DNA from: Gemmatimonadales bacterium
GTDB lineage: Bacteria > Gemmatimonadota > Gemmatimonadetes > Gemmatimonadales > GWC2-71-9
DNA length: 64,000 nucleotides
Assembly: GCA_037189525.1 (NCBI GenBank)
Contig: JBBCJC010000001.1
Location: 736,001 to 800,000, forward strand
Reading direction: 5' to 3'
The notes beneath the pieces were generated by a model. That model was given only the letters and a program-made list of their open reading frames with translations. It did no database searches and was not told where the DNA came from. This document shows, piece after piece, positions 1 through 9,781 of this stretch (its first letter is position 1; each line of letters starts with the position of its first letter). The translations under genes were made by a program, and so were the position numbers.

Positions 1-34
1 GATGGGTCTGCCCGCCCGAAATGCAGGAGACCGA

Positions 35-724
35 ATGGCCTCATTTTCATCACTTCGCTCGACCGCTCCGGCCCTGGTCGCGCTGCTGGCCGCCGCGTGC
101 GGCGGCAGCCCGCCGGTCGAGACGGTTCCGACCCCGGCGCCGGACGCGCACGCCGGCCACGCGAATACCCATATCGCGAGAGCCCGCGCCGACAGTGCCC
201 AGCATCCCTACACCGAAGCCGACATCCATTTCATGTCGGCGATGATCGGCCATCATGCGCAGGCGCTCCAGATTGCCCACTGGGCACCAACCCACGAGTC
301 CAGCCCCGGCATCCGGCGCCTGGCCGAACGGATCATCAACGCGCAGCGGGATGAGATTGCCATAATGCAGCGCTGGCTGGTCGATCGCCACCAACCGGCT
401 CCGCAGGTCGACAGCAAGGGCATCCCGCAACACGGCGACCATGCCGCGCATCACGGCGCCATGCCGGGCATGCTCACCCAGGAGGAGCTCGACCAGCTGA
501 ACCGGGCGCGCGGCACCGAGTTCGATCGCCTCTTCCTCAAGTACATGATCCAGCATCATCGCGGCGCCGTGACCATGGTCGAGCAACTGTTCGCGACCAA
601 TGGCGCCGGACAGGATGAAACCGTGTTCCGCCTGGCCGCCGACATCAACGTCGACCAGGTCACGGAAATTGCCCGCATGGAAAAAATGCTCGTCGCACTC
701 GTGATCGAAGGACAGGCGCCGTGA
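35..724 (+). CDS. DUF305 (ferritin-like, CopM-like) lipoprotein
   Basis: Lipobox LAAAC; two MIxHH motifs (MIGHHAQA, MIQHHRGA); His-rich linkers. ATG at 35 preferred over the ORF start at 2. Confidence 0.85.
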   Translation: MASFSSLRSTAPALVALLAAACGGSPPVETVPTPAPDAHAGHANTHIARARADSAQHPYTEADIHFMSAMIGHHAQALQIAHWAPTHESSPGIRRLAERIINAQRDEIAIMQRWLVDRHQPAPQVDSKGIPQHGDHAAHHGAMPGMLTQEELDQLNRARGTEFDRLFLKYMIQHHRGAVTMVEQLFATNGAGQDETVFRLAADINVDQVTEIARMEKMLVALVIEGQAP

Positions 725-768
725 TGCCGTCGCGTCCGTACTCTGCTCTCCCCCTCGAGGAATCTGTC

Positions 769-2748
769 ATGGTAGCTGTGCATCGTACTCGTCACCCCGG
801 TCTGGCCCTGTCGCTGGCCGCCGGGCTTCTCTCTCTCGGATGTGCCTCCGGCTCGTCGAGCTATGGTGGCAGCACGCCGGCACCAGCCGCGCTTTCGACG
901 GCCAAGCCGACTCCCGATCCGCGGATTGGACTGCGGGCCGGACTGACCGACGCCGGCGAAGCGATCTGGAATCTCCGATTGGTGTCCAACACCCCGTCAT
1001 CCACACGGTTTGTCGGGAGCACCAACTCGGACCTCGCTTTTACCGGCAAGTACGCAATCCAGGGTAACTACAACGGCTGGCAAATCTGGGATCTCTCCAC
1101 GCCCAACAAGCCGGGTCTGGCCTCGGCCATCTACTGCCCCGCTTCGCAGAGCGACGTCTCGATTTACAAGAATCTCCTCTTCGTGTCCGGCGAGGGCTAC
1201 ACCGGGCGTCTCGACTGCAGCGACGAGGGCGTCCGGGAAGCAGTCAGCCATCACCGGCTGCGCGGCATCCGGATCTTCGACATCACCGATATCAAGAATC
1301 CCAAGAATATCGCGAACGTGCAGACCTGCCGCGGCTCGCACACGCATACGGTGCTGGCGCACCCCAATGACCCGAACAACATCTACGTCTACGTCTCCGG
1401 CTCGGCGCCGGTGCGGCCGGCGGCGGAGTTGCCGGGTTGCAGTGACGCCATGCCGGATGTCGACGCCAACACCGCGCTCTTCCGGATCGAAGTCATCAAG
1501 GTGCCGCTCGCCGATCCGTCCAAGGCGGCGATCGTGAGCTCGCCCCGGATCTTCGAGGGGCTGAATGCGCCGCCCCGCCATGCCGCCATTCCCGGCGAAC
1601 TCGCGGCTGCGCGGGCGCGGGGGCAGTTCATCGCCAACGTCATGGGCCAGGAGATGCCGCTGCCGCCCCGGATGACGAGCCCGATGCTCGACAGCATCGT
1701 CAAGGCGCGGAGCGGCACCGGTACCCCGACCGCCGCGGACAGCGCGGCGCTGCGTAGCGCGCTGCCGGGCATTCTGGCCCGCATGCTGGGCAACGCACCG
1801 GCCCGCCGCGAAACGGGACCGACGCAGTGCCACGATATCACCGTCTATCCCGAGATCAACCTGGCCGGCGGCGCGTGCGAAGGTTACGGCATGCTGCTGG
1901 ACATCAGCGATCCAGCCAATCCGCGGCGCCTCAGCGCCGTGGCCGACTCGAACTTTGCCTACTGGCACTCGGCGACCTTCAGCAACGACGGCAGCAAAGT
2001 CCTCTTCACCGACGAGTGGGGCGGCGGTGGGGCTCCCAAGTGCCGGGCCATCGACAAGCCGGAGTGGGGCGCCAACGCGATCTTCACGATCCAGAACGGG
2101 CAGATGCAGTTCCAGAGCTACTTCAAGCTGCCCGCCGAGCAGACCGAGCAGGAAAACTGCGTGGCCCACAACGGCTCGCTGATCCCGATTCCCGGTCGCG
2201 ACGTGATGGTCCAGGGCTGGTATCAGGGCGGCATTCTGATCTTCGACTGGACCGACCCCAAGAACCCGGTCGAGATCGCCTATCACGATCGCGGACCGGT
2301 CGACTCCACCCGGATGGGCAACGGCGGCTCCTGGTCGGTTTACTGGTACAACGGCCTGATCGTCAACTCGGAAATCGCGCGCGGGCTCGACATCTTCGAG
2401 CTGGTGCCGAGCGGCTTCATTTCGCAGAACGAGATCGACGCCGCCAACACGGTCAAGCTCGAGTATCTGAATCCGCAGAGCCAGCCCAAGTTCGTCTGGC
2501 CGCCGAGCTTTGCGCTGACTCGGGCCTATGTCGACCAGCTCGAACGGTCGCGCGGCTTGTCGAACGATCGGATTGCGGCGGTCCGTCAGGCGCTCAGCAC
2601 GGCAGAACGGGCCTCGGGTTCCGCCCGGCGTGAGGGCCTCAATGGCCTCGCATCGCAGCTCGACGGCGAAGCCGGCGGCTCGCGCGATGCCGCCAAAGTC
2701 CGCCTCCTCTCCCAGGCGGTGAAGGACCTCGCCGCAGCGCGTTCCTGA
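769..2748 (+). CDS. LVIVD-repeat beta-propeller lipoprotein
   Basis: GAGGA RBS before ATG 769; lipobox LGC; motifs NSDLAF, CRGSHTHT, QCHDITVYP, YWHSATF, NCVAHNGS. Confidence 0.8.
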   Translation: MVAVHRTRHPGLALSLAAGLLSLGCASGSSSYGGSTPAPAALSTAKPTPDPRIGLRAGLTDAGEAIWNLRLVSNTPSSTRFVGSTNSDLAFTGKYAIQGNYNGWQIWDLSTPNKPGLASAIYCPASQSDVSIYKNLLFVSGEGYTGRLDCSDEGVREAVSHHRLRGIRIFDITDIKNPKNIANVQTCRGSHTHTVLAHPNDPNNIYVYVSGSAPVRPAAELPGCSDAMPDVDANTALFRIEVIKVPLADPSKAAIVSSPRIFEGLNAPPRHAAIPGELAAARARGQFIANVMGQEMPLPPRMTSPMLDSIVKARSGTGTPTAADSAALRSALPGILARMLGNAPARRETGPTQCHDITVYPEINLAGGACEGYGMLLDISDPANPRRLSAVADSNFAYWHSATFSNDGSKVLFTDEWGGGGAPKCRAIDKPEWGANAIFTIQNGQMQFQSYFKLPAEQTEQENCVAHNGSLIPIPGRDVMVQGWYQGGILIFDWTDPKNPVEIAYHDRGPVDSTRMGNGGSWSVYWYNGLIVNSEIARGLDIFELVPSGFISQNEIDAANTVKLEYLNPQSQPKFVWPPSFALTRAYVDQLERSRGLSNDRIAAVRQALSTAERASGSARREGLNGLASQLDGEAGGSRDAAKVRLLSQAVKDLAAARS

Positions 2749-4199
2749 TGCGCCGCGGCCTCCGGCGACCATTCGCAGCTATCGCGACGGTCGCCGGGGC
2801 CATCCTGCTGGCCTGGATGGCCCCCCTCCGAGCCCAATCCTCTGCTGCAAACCATCCCGACGTTCTCGCTGCACAGCGCCTGTTCTCGGCCTGGATGGAT
2901 GGTCAGGTCGTCTCCCGAGGCCTACCGGGTATCGCGGTCGGGGTCATTGCCGATCAGGAATTGATCTGGTCTGCCGGGTTCGGGCATGCGGATGTCGCCG
3001 CGAAGCGTCCGATGAGGCGGGATACCAAGTTCCGGATGGCCTCGCACAGCAAGCTGTTCGCGGCAACCGCGATCATGCAGCTTCGCGAACAAGGCAAGCT
3101 GCAGCTCGACGACCCGGTCGTGAAGTATCTGCCCTGGTTCAAGGTCAAGCCGGCCGAACCGGACGATCCGCCCATTATGATCGAAGAGCTGCTGACCCAC
3201 AGCTCCGGCCTGCCCAGGGAAGCGGGGGACCACTGGACCACGTTCGATTTCCCCACGATCGACCAGGTTCGTGCCCTGATCGGTGATCGGCAGGCGGCCT
3301 TTCCACCGGAAACCCGGTGGAAGTACTCCAACCTGGCGTATGCGGTGGCGGGGTACGTCGTCGAAGCGATTACCGGGCAGAGCTGGGCCGACTACATCCA
3401 GCAGAACGTGTTCGATCCGTTAGGCATGACCTCGTCCAGCGTCGACAAGAATGTGGCCGGCCTGGCGACGGGCTACGGCCCGCGGCTCCCCGACGGATCG
3501 CGCGTCACGACGCCGTTCATCGATTCGCGGGGCATGCCCGCGGCAACCGGCATCACCTCGACGGTCGAGGATATGGCTCGCTTCGTCTCGGCGCAGTTCC
3601 GACGCGGCCCGCGCGGGGCTGACCGGATCCTGAGCACCGCATCCTTGCGCGAAATGCATCGGGTTCGGATGCTCGAAACGAACTGGACCTCGGGCACCGG
3701 CGTCGGTTTTGCCGTCAATCGAGTGGGGGATAAGGTCTATGTCGGGCACGGTGGCGGCTATCCGGGCTACACCACGCAGACGCTGATCCAGCTGGACTCC
3801 AAAGTCGGCGTGGTCGTGCTCACCAATACCAACGACTCGAACCCGAGCGACATTGCGCGCCAGTTGATGCGTACAGTCGGTGAGGCGGTTGCCAAGGCCA
3901 CCGCGCCGCCGCCCCGCAACTTTGCCTGGGACCCCTCGTGGTCCAGGTTCGTGGGCCTGTACCAGAACCGCGGCAACGTGTCGCAGGTGGTCCAGCTCAA
4001 CGAACGTCTCGTCATCATCAATCCGTACGGGCCGAACGTCGACAACCCGACCGTCCTGGAGCCAATCGGTAACGACCAGTTCCGTTTCGTGGCCGCAACC
4101 GGTGGCGGGCCCGTGGGCGAAGTGGTCCGGTTCGTCGAGGAAGGCGGCCGAGTGGTCCGGATGATCACCGGCGATTCATTCATCAATCGCGTTCACTGA
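2748..4199 (+). CDS. Serine hydrolase, beta-lactamase/AmpC-like family
   Basis: SxxK (SHSK), YSN, HGG and LLTHSSG motifs; signal peptide; start overlaps the upstream stop. Confidence 0.85.
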   Translation: MRRGLRRPFAAIATVAGAILLAWMAPLRAQSSAANHPDVLAAQRLFSAWMDGQVVSRGLPGIAVGVIADQELIWSAGFGHADVAAKRPMRRDTKFRMASHSKLFAATAIMQLREQGKLQLDDPVVKYLPWFKVKPAEPDDPPIMIEELLTHSSGLPREAGDHWTTFDFPTIDQVRALIGDRQAAFPPETRWKYSNLAYAVAGYVVEAITGQSWADYIQQNVFDPLGMTSSSVDKNVAGLATGYGPRLPDGSRVTTPFIDSRGMPAATGITSTVEDMARFVSAQFRRGPRGADRILSTASLREMHRVRMLETNWTSGTGVGFAVNRVGDKVYVGHGGGYPGYTTQTLIQLDSKVGVVVLTNTNDSNPSDIARQLMRTVGEAVAKATAPPPRNFAWDPSWSRFVGLYQNRGNVSQVVQLNERLVIINPYGPNVDNPTVLEPIGNDQFRFVAATGGGPVGEVVRFVEEGGRVVRMITGDSFINRVH

Positions 4200-4223
4200 G
4201 ATTCGTCGGTACCTCAGGATATG

Positions 4224-4259
4224 ACGAAGCCGGGCATCGCTGCCCGGCTTCGTTTATTT
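4224..4259 (+). terminator. Intrinsic terminator between convergent genes
   Basis: 13-bp perfect stem ACGAAGCCGGGCA/TGCCCGGCTTCGT, 4-nt loop, followed by TTATTT. Confidence 0.75.
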
Positions 4260-4272
4260 CTGAGTCCTCGAC

Positions 4273-7200
4273 TCAGCGACGCTCGGGCGCCATCCACCAC
4301 TGCGTGGTCGGCAAGGACCGCTGCCGAGGCCAGACTTCGTCCAACGAGTCGGACTGATAAATCCGGCCGTTCTTCATGATCAGCCGGATCGTGTTGGTCT
4401 GGCGGATGTCCGCCAAAGGATTGCCGTCGAGCACTTGGAGATCGGCGAGCTTGCCGGGCTCGAGCGAGCCGAGATCGGCAAGGTGACCGATGGCCTGCGC
4501 GCCGACGACGGTGGCGGAACGCAGCACCTCGAGCGGAGTCATACCTCCCATCGCCAATCCCCACATCTCGAAGTGGTAGCCGATGCCCTGCATATTGCCG
4601 TGCGAGCCTACCGCCACCCGTCCTCCGGCTCGAGCGATGGCCGCGGCATCCTGGGCCATCTTCCTGAATCCATACATTTCATCGGGCCGCCACTGGCTCG
4701 AGGCGGCGCGCTGTTCCAGATATGCCTGGGGCCAGAACCGGCGCACCTTGGCCTCGCCGCGAATATCGTAGCGGGACGTGAAATACTCCTGCACCCCGCC
4801 CGTCCCGTAGGCGATCATCAACACCGGGGTATACGTGGTCTGGCTCTGCGCGGCAAGCTTGATCACGTCCTTGAAGAGCGGATATACCGGGAAGGTGTGC
4901 TCCTCACCGGCGTAGCCGTCCAGCATCCGGGTCAGCTGGACCGTGAAGTCGGCGTCCCCCTCGTTGGTGGGAGACAGACGCAGTTCCTGAGACACCTGCG
5001 CCACCCATTGCCGGCGGCGCCGGTCGCCCAGAGCGTAGGCCTTGATCGTCTCGGTCTTGAAGTAGTCTGAATTGCGACGCAGCACGTTGCGGACATCGTC
5101 CAGCGTGTTGAACGTCTCGTTGACGAAGAAGCCTCGGCCGGTGCTGAAGATCCGCGGACCGATCATGTCACCGCTCTCGACCCGGTCGGAATAGTCGAGG
5201 ACATCGAGCGCGCCGGTCTGCGGATCCCGCGTCGTGGTCACGCCGTACGCCAGGTTGGCATAGTACTGCCACGACTCGGTGCGATGTAGGCCCCAGCCCA
5301 TGCCGAACATGTGCGCGTGGGTGTCGACATACCCTGGGACGATCGTCTTGCCGGCCACGTCGACGACATGCGCGCCGGCCGGGATCGCGAAACTGCCCTG
5401 CGGTCCGACGGCGGCAATTCGGTTGCCGCGCACCAGCAGGTCGCCGTTTTCGATGACCTCGTCCCCTCGCATCGTGATGATCCGGGCGCCACGAAGCACC
5501 GCGACACCGGTCGGGCGGTCCTTGGGCACGGTGATCCGGATGTCCAGGCGTCGCGCAGGAGCGTCGAGATTCGAGACATCGGTGAGAAAGAGCGATGAAC
5601 CGAGCGCATGCACCAGGCGGGTACCGTCCGCGCTCCAGCTGATGTAGTTGCCTGCAATATCGGTGAGCCGCTTGATCGGTAGCGGACCGCTTCCCTTGCC
5701 GCGGAGGGAGAAGGTCGGCGCCGCGCCCACCGGCGACACATCGGCGACGAACACCTGCTGTCCGCCCAGCAAGGCCAGGTGGCGTCCGCCAGGCGACAAG
5801 ACGATGTCTTCGGCCGGTTCCGTTCCCGAAGCGTTCCAGGGGATCTGATCGGCCCGGGCCAGCAGCCGGCGATCGGTTCCGTCGAACCGCATCGAGTAGA
5901 GACCATTATCGCTGTTCTCATACAGGACGATGCGATCGGCCTCGGGCCCGAAATGCGGCACGCCATAATACGGAGGCACCAGCCGAGAGAGATACTCGAT
6001 GTGCCGGACAGTGGTCGGAGCGCCACCCGCGGCCGGAATCCAGCGCAGATCGGCCGAAGCGGCTGACGGCTCACTGAAACCGAGCTCGCTGGCTTCGAAG
6101 CGATCGGCTCGAGACATCGTCACGAAAAACAACTTCGACCCGTCGGGTGAGTACACCAGCTTTTCGTAGAACGCCGGGACCGTCGTCAACCGGGTCGAGG
6201 GCCCGCCTTGGGCCGGGACCCGATAGATGTGTCCGCCGGTACTGTCGTCCCAGGTCGAGTAGGCAATGGCGCGCCCGTCCGGCGTCCAGGCCGGAGCATA
6301 CTCGCTGACCGTTCCGGTCGTGAGGCGACGGGCATCGGCAATGGTGCCGCCCGAAGCCGGCAGGTCCGCAACCCAGAGCCGATCGAGCGCGATGAAGGCC
6401 ACACGCTTGCCGTCCGGTGAGAGGCGAGGCACCCGGATCTGGCGCACCTCGACCGTCGAATCGTTGAACGCATACTGGAACTGCGAGGACGCGGCAATCT
6501 GCTGATCGACGTCCGCCGAAAAGGGGATCGTGCTGACTTCACCGGTGGGAACGGCAATCCGCCGGACCTTGCCGTGATACGCCGCGATCAACGACCGGCT
6601 ATCGGGCGTAAAAGCCATGCCCGGCATCAGATCCCGGGTGGCTCGCGAGCTCATCTGGTCGCGCTGCGCATCGAGCACCAGCCAGCGCTCGTCTCCGGTG
6701 GTCAGGTCCCGCAGACGCAGCGCGGTTCCGTCACCCCGCCGGGTTCCGTAGACCAGCCACCGGCCGTCGGGGCTCAACACCGGGCGCACCGCGCCGCCAC
6801 GCAGATTGGTCCGGCGAATCGATTCATTGGTGCGGAGATCGAGCGTGAACAGCTGCGCATTCGTGCCGGAGGTCGAGTACCAGATCCTGGTGGAATCTGC
6901 GAACGCCGCCCCCAGGTAGCTGGACCCCGACGCGCCCCGTGCCGCCTCGACGGTACCCGCGCCCTGCGCACCACCCGTCAGGCGCTGTCCGCTCCCACCC
7001 GAAAGCGGAAACAGGTAGAGGTCGTACGCAGACGGCAAGCGGATGAACGGCGGCGTACGAGCGGGACCGCTGTTGTGCGCCACCAGGATGGCGCGCCCAT
7101 CGAGCGTCCAGCGCGGTGAGACGTAGTCGTACTGGTACCCTTCCGTCCGCGTGATCTGCCGGAGATTCCGCCCCGCGGTGTCCGCGATCCAGACATTCGA

Positions 7201-7545
7201 TGCTCCGCTCCGATCACTGACAAAGACGATCGACTTGCCGTCGGGCGAGAACCGGGGCATCGCGTCGAAGCCCGCGCCGCTGGTAATCTGCCTGGCTTTG
7301 CCGCCTTCGATCGGCATACGGTAGAGATCGCCCAGCAGATCGAACAACAGCGTCCGGCCGTCCGGCGACACGTCGACCGAGATCCAAGTACCCTCGTCCG
7401 TGGTGAAGCGAAGTGACCGAGGCGTCGACAGGGTCAACCCGCTGTCCGCCGCCGATCGTGCCTGCGCGAGGGCCCCGTCGATCGGAGCAACCGCGAATGC
7501 CAGTACAGTCAAAACGAATATCCCGCCGCGAGGAGTTACTCGCAT
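4273..7545 (-). CDS. Secreted TolB/PD40 beta-propeller plus amidohydrolase fusion
   Basis: Repeated SPDG propeller motifs; C-terminal PGYVDTHAH metal motif and GSLEPGKLAD; signal peptide from ATG 7545. Confidence 0.85.
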   Translation of the reverse strand: MRVTPRGGIFVLTVLAFAVAPIDGALAQARSAADSGLTLSTPRSLRFTTDEGTWISVDVSPDGRTLLFDLLGDLYRMPIEGGKARQITSGAGFDAMPRFSPDGKSIVFVSDRSGASNVWIADTAGRNLRQITRTEGYQYDYVSPRWTLDGRAILVAHNSGPARTPPFIRLPSAYDLYLFPLSGGSGQRLTGGAQGAGTVEAARGASGSSYLGAAFADSTRIWYSTSGTNAQLFTLDLRTNESIRRTNLRGGAVRPVLSPDGRWLVYGTRRGDGTALRLRDLTTGDERWLVLDAQRDQMSSRATRDLMPGMAFTPDSRSLIAAYHGKVRRIAVPTGEVSTIPFSADVDQQIAASSQFQYAFNDSTVEVRQIRVPRLSPDGKRVAFIALDRLWVADLPASGGTIADARRLTTGTVSEYAPAWTPDGRAIAYSTWDDSTGGHIYRVPAQGGPSTRLTTVPAFYEKLVYSPDGSKLFFVTMSRADRFEASELGFSEPSAASADLRWIPAAGGAPTTVRHIEYLSRLVPPYYGVPHFGPEADRIVLYENSDNGLYSMRFDGTDRRLLARADQIPWNASGTEPAEDIVLSPGGRHLALLGGQQVFVADVSPVGAAPTFSLRGKGSGPLPIKRLTDIAGNYISWSADGTRLVHALGSSLFLTDVSNLDAPARRLDIRITVPKDRPTGVAVLRGARIITMRGDEVIENGDLLVRGNRIAAVGPQGSFAIPAGAHVVDVAGKTIVPGYVDTHAHMFGMGWGLHRTESWQYYANLAYGVTTTRDPQTGALDVLDYSDRVESGDMIGPRIFSTGRGFFVNETFNTLDDVRNVLRRNSDYFKTETIKAYALGDRRRRQWVAQVSQELRLSPTNEGDADFTVQLTRMLDGYAGEEHTFPVYPLFKDVIKLAAQSQTTYTPVLMIAYGTGGVQEYFTSRYDIRGEAKVRRFWPQAYLEQRAASSQWRPDEMYGFRKMAQDAAAIARAGGRVAVGSHGNMQGIGYHFEMWGLAMGGMTPLEVLRSATVVGAQAIGHLADLGSLEPGKLADLQVLDGNPLADIRQTNTIRLIMKNGRIYQSDSLDEVWPRQRSLPTTQWWMAPERR

Positions 7546-7784
7546 GATTCGCCTGTATCGATGAGGAATTGAAGGAGGTCCGATCACGCTACGACTCGGT
7601 GGCTATTCCGACAAATATATCCTCATTTATCCTCGCTCGGCCGCAGTCCGGCGAAGGGGTATCCCGCACCAAGCGAACCTTGCGATGACCGAACCTCGTC
7701 GGGGGATGCGCCTGATGCGGAGCCGTGATAATTTGTGGCGTCACGGCACCGCAGTCTACGACGCGTTCTCGACATCGGAGACGG

Positions 7785-8246
7785 ATGCGCGACTCCCCTC
7801 ACCATCGCGGCTCAACCACCCTGCTCGTCGTCGTTGCCCTCATCGGCATCGGTCTCGGCGTGGGGATGTTCACCTTTTCCTACGGGAAAGGAGCATCCTA
7901 CCTGACCAACGACCCCGCGGCATGCGCCAACTGCCATATCATGGAGCCGCAATACTCCGCCTGGCTCACCGGCAGCCATCGCAAGGCGGCGACCTGCAAC
8001 GATTGCCATACACCCGACGGCATGATCGCGAAGTACGTGACCAAAGCGAGTAACGGGTTCTGGCACTCCACGGCATTCACGTCCGGAATCTTTCACGAGC
8101 CGATCCAGATCAAGGCTTCGAATCGCGCTATTGCCGAGCAACGTTGTCGTGATTGCCATGAACCGATGGTTCATGCTATCCTGGCGAATAACGACGGATC
8201 GGTCAGCTGCCTTTCGTGCCACCAATCGGTCGGGCATCGACGATGA
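7785..8246 (+). CDS. nrfH: Cytochrome c nitrite reductase small subunit (tetraheme, NapC/NirT family)
   Basis: N-terminal TM helix; four CXXCH motifs (CANCHIM, CNDCH, CRDCH, CLSCH); directly upstream of nrfA. Confidence 0.9.
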   Translation: MRDSPHHRGSTTLLVVVALIGIGLGVGMFTFSYGKGASYLTNDPAACANCHIMEPQYSAWLTGSHRKAATCNDCHTPDGMIAKYVTKASNGFWHSTAFTSGIFHEPIQIKASNRAIAEQRCRDCHEPMVHAILANNDGSVSCLSCHQSVGHRR

Positions 8247-8274
8247 TCGTACACGCACTGCCGGAGGAGAATTG

Positions 8275-9678
8275 ATGACTGAGCGTCCCAACCGCCCTCG
8301 CCGTCTGCTGCTGGTAGGGCTCGCAGCTGCATTGACGACGGTGGCCGTGCTCGCCCTGCTCGTCAACATCGTCGAGCGTAAGCAGGAAGCGCGCGCCCCG
8401 TTCTTCCAGGTCGTGGAGATTACCGACACCACGGAGGCGCCCGAGGTTTGGGGACGCAATTTCCCGCATCAGTACGACAGCTACCGGCGGACGGTGGATC
8501 AGGAGCGAACCCGGTTCGGAGGCAGCGAGGCGATGCCGCGCACGCCGACTTCCGCGGACCCCCGATCGGTCGTTGCGCAGTCGCGTCTCGATGAGGATCC
8601 TCGGCTGCGCACCATGTGGGCGGGCTACGCCTTTTCCCGTGATTTCCGGGAAGAACGCGGGCATGCCTACATGCTGGACGATCAGACGTTCACCGAGCGC
8701 CAGGCCGTCGGCCAGCCGGGCACGTGCATGCATTGTCATGCCTCGGTGTATCTGCCCTACATGCGTCTCGGCAACGGCGACCTGACCCGCGGCTTCGAGC
8801 TGATGAACCAGATGCCGTACGCCGAAGCGCGCACCAAGGTGACGCATCCGGTGGCGTGCATCGACTGTCACACGCCAGGCACAATGGAACTGCGGGTCAC
8901 TCGGCCCGGATTCATCGAAGGGCTCAGAGCATACAAGGCCTCCCAGGGCGTGCCCGACTATGACGTGAACCGGGATGCCACCCGCCAGGAAAAGCGCGCC
9001 TTCGTCTGCGGCCAGTGCCACGTGGAGTACTACTTCAAAGGCTCGGAGAAGCGTCTTACCTATCCGTGGTCCAAGGGACTCAAAGTCGATCAGATCTACG
9101 CCTACTACGACAGCGTAGCATTTCGAGATTGGGTCCACGCAGAGACGGGCGCCGAGGTCCTGAAGGCGCAACATCCCGAATTCGAGATGTGGAACCAGGG
9201 TGTTCATGCCAGGTCAGGCGTGACCTGCGCCGACTGCCATATGCCGTATCAACGGGTCGGCGCGCTCAAGGTGACCGACCACCATATTCGCAGTCCGCTG
9301 CTCAATGTGAGCAACGCATGCCAGACCTGTCATCCGGTAGCCGCGGATGAACTCAAAGCCCGGGCCGAACTGATCCAGGAGAACACCTATCGCCTGCGGG
9401 ACCAGGCCATGGATGCGCTGGTCGGCCTGATCGGGGATCTCTCTGCCGCCCGGACCGCGGGACGTCCCGACGCCGAACTGAGCACCGCGCGGAGCCTGCA
9501 ACGGCGAGCCCAGTTCTATCTCGACTTCATCGAGGCAGAGAACTCGATGGGATTCCACGCACCGCAGGAAGCCGCGCGCATCCTTGGTGAAGCAATCGAC
9601 TACGCCCGCCAGGGACAGATTGCCATCCGTGATCGCGCTTTTCATCCGCGCCTCCCGCCCGTACCGGCAGCACGCTGA
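8275..9678 (+). CDS. nrfA: Ammonia-forming pentaheme cytochrome c552 nitrite reductase
   Basis: Five heme motifs (CMHCH, CIDCH, CGQCHVEYYF, CADCHMPY, CQTCH); KAQHPEFE; ENSMGFHAP. Confidence 0.92.
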   Translation: MTERPNRPRRLLLVGLAAALTTVAVLALLVNIVERKQEARAPFFQVVEITDTTEAPEVWGRNFPHQYDSYRRTVDQERTRFGGSEAMPRTPTSADPRSVVAQSRLDEDPRLRTMWAGYAFSRDFREERGHAYMLDDQTFTERQAVGQPGTCMHCHASVYLPYMRLGNGDLTRGFELMNQMPYAEARTKVTHPVACIDCHTPGTMELRVTRPGFIEGLRAYKASQGVPDYDVNRDATRQEKRAFVCGQCHVEYYFKGSEKRLTYPWSKGLKVDQIYAYYDSVAFRDWVHAETGAEVLKAQHPEFEMWNQGVHARSGVTCADCHMPYQRVGALKVTDHHIRSPLLNVSNACQTCHPVAADELKARAELIQENTYRLRDQAMDALVGLIGDLSAARTAGRPDAELSTARSLQRRAQFYLDFIEAENSMGFHAPQEAARILGEAIDYARQGQIAIRDRAFHPRLPPVPAAR

Positions 9679-9690
9679 CTCCTGCCCGAT

Positions 9691-9729
9691 CCCGCCCCCT
9701 GGCCCGAGGCCAGGGGGCGGGTGATCTTT
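9691..9729 (+). terminator. Putative terminator hairpin after nrfA
   Basis: CCCGCCCCCTGGCC/GGCCAGGGGGCGGG stem followed by TGATCTTT. Confidence 0.6.
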
Positions 9730-9781
9730 CAGTCTCCGCTCAGACAACCTGCCCTCTTTCCGCGCCCGGCGCCCCGCTGCC

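Noticed and set aside
997..2772. 591-aa antisense ORF
   Set aside because: Shadow of the LVIVD gene; long antisense frames are expected at high GC and it has no motifs.
7722..7746. CCGTGA-N12-TCACGG inverted repeat before nrfH as an FNR/CRP site
   Set aside because: Spacing does not fit TTGAT-N4-ATCAA or TGTGA-N6-TCACA; cannot be supported.
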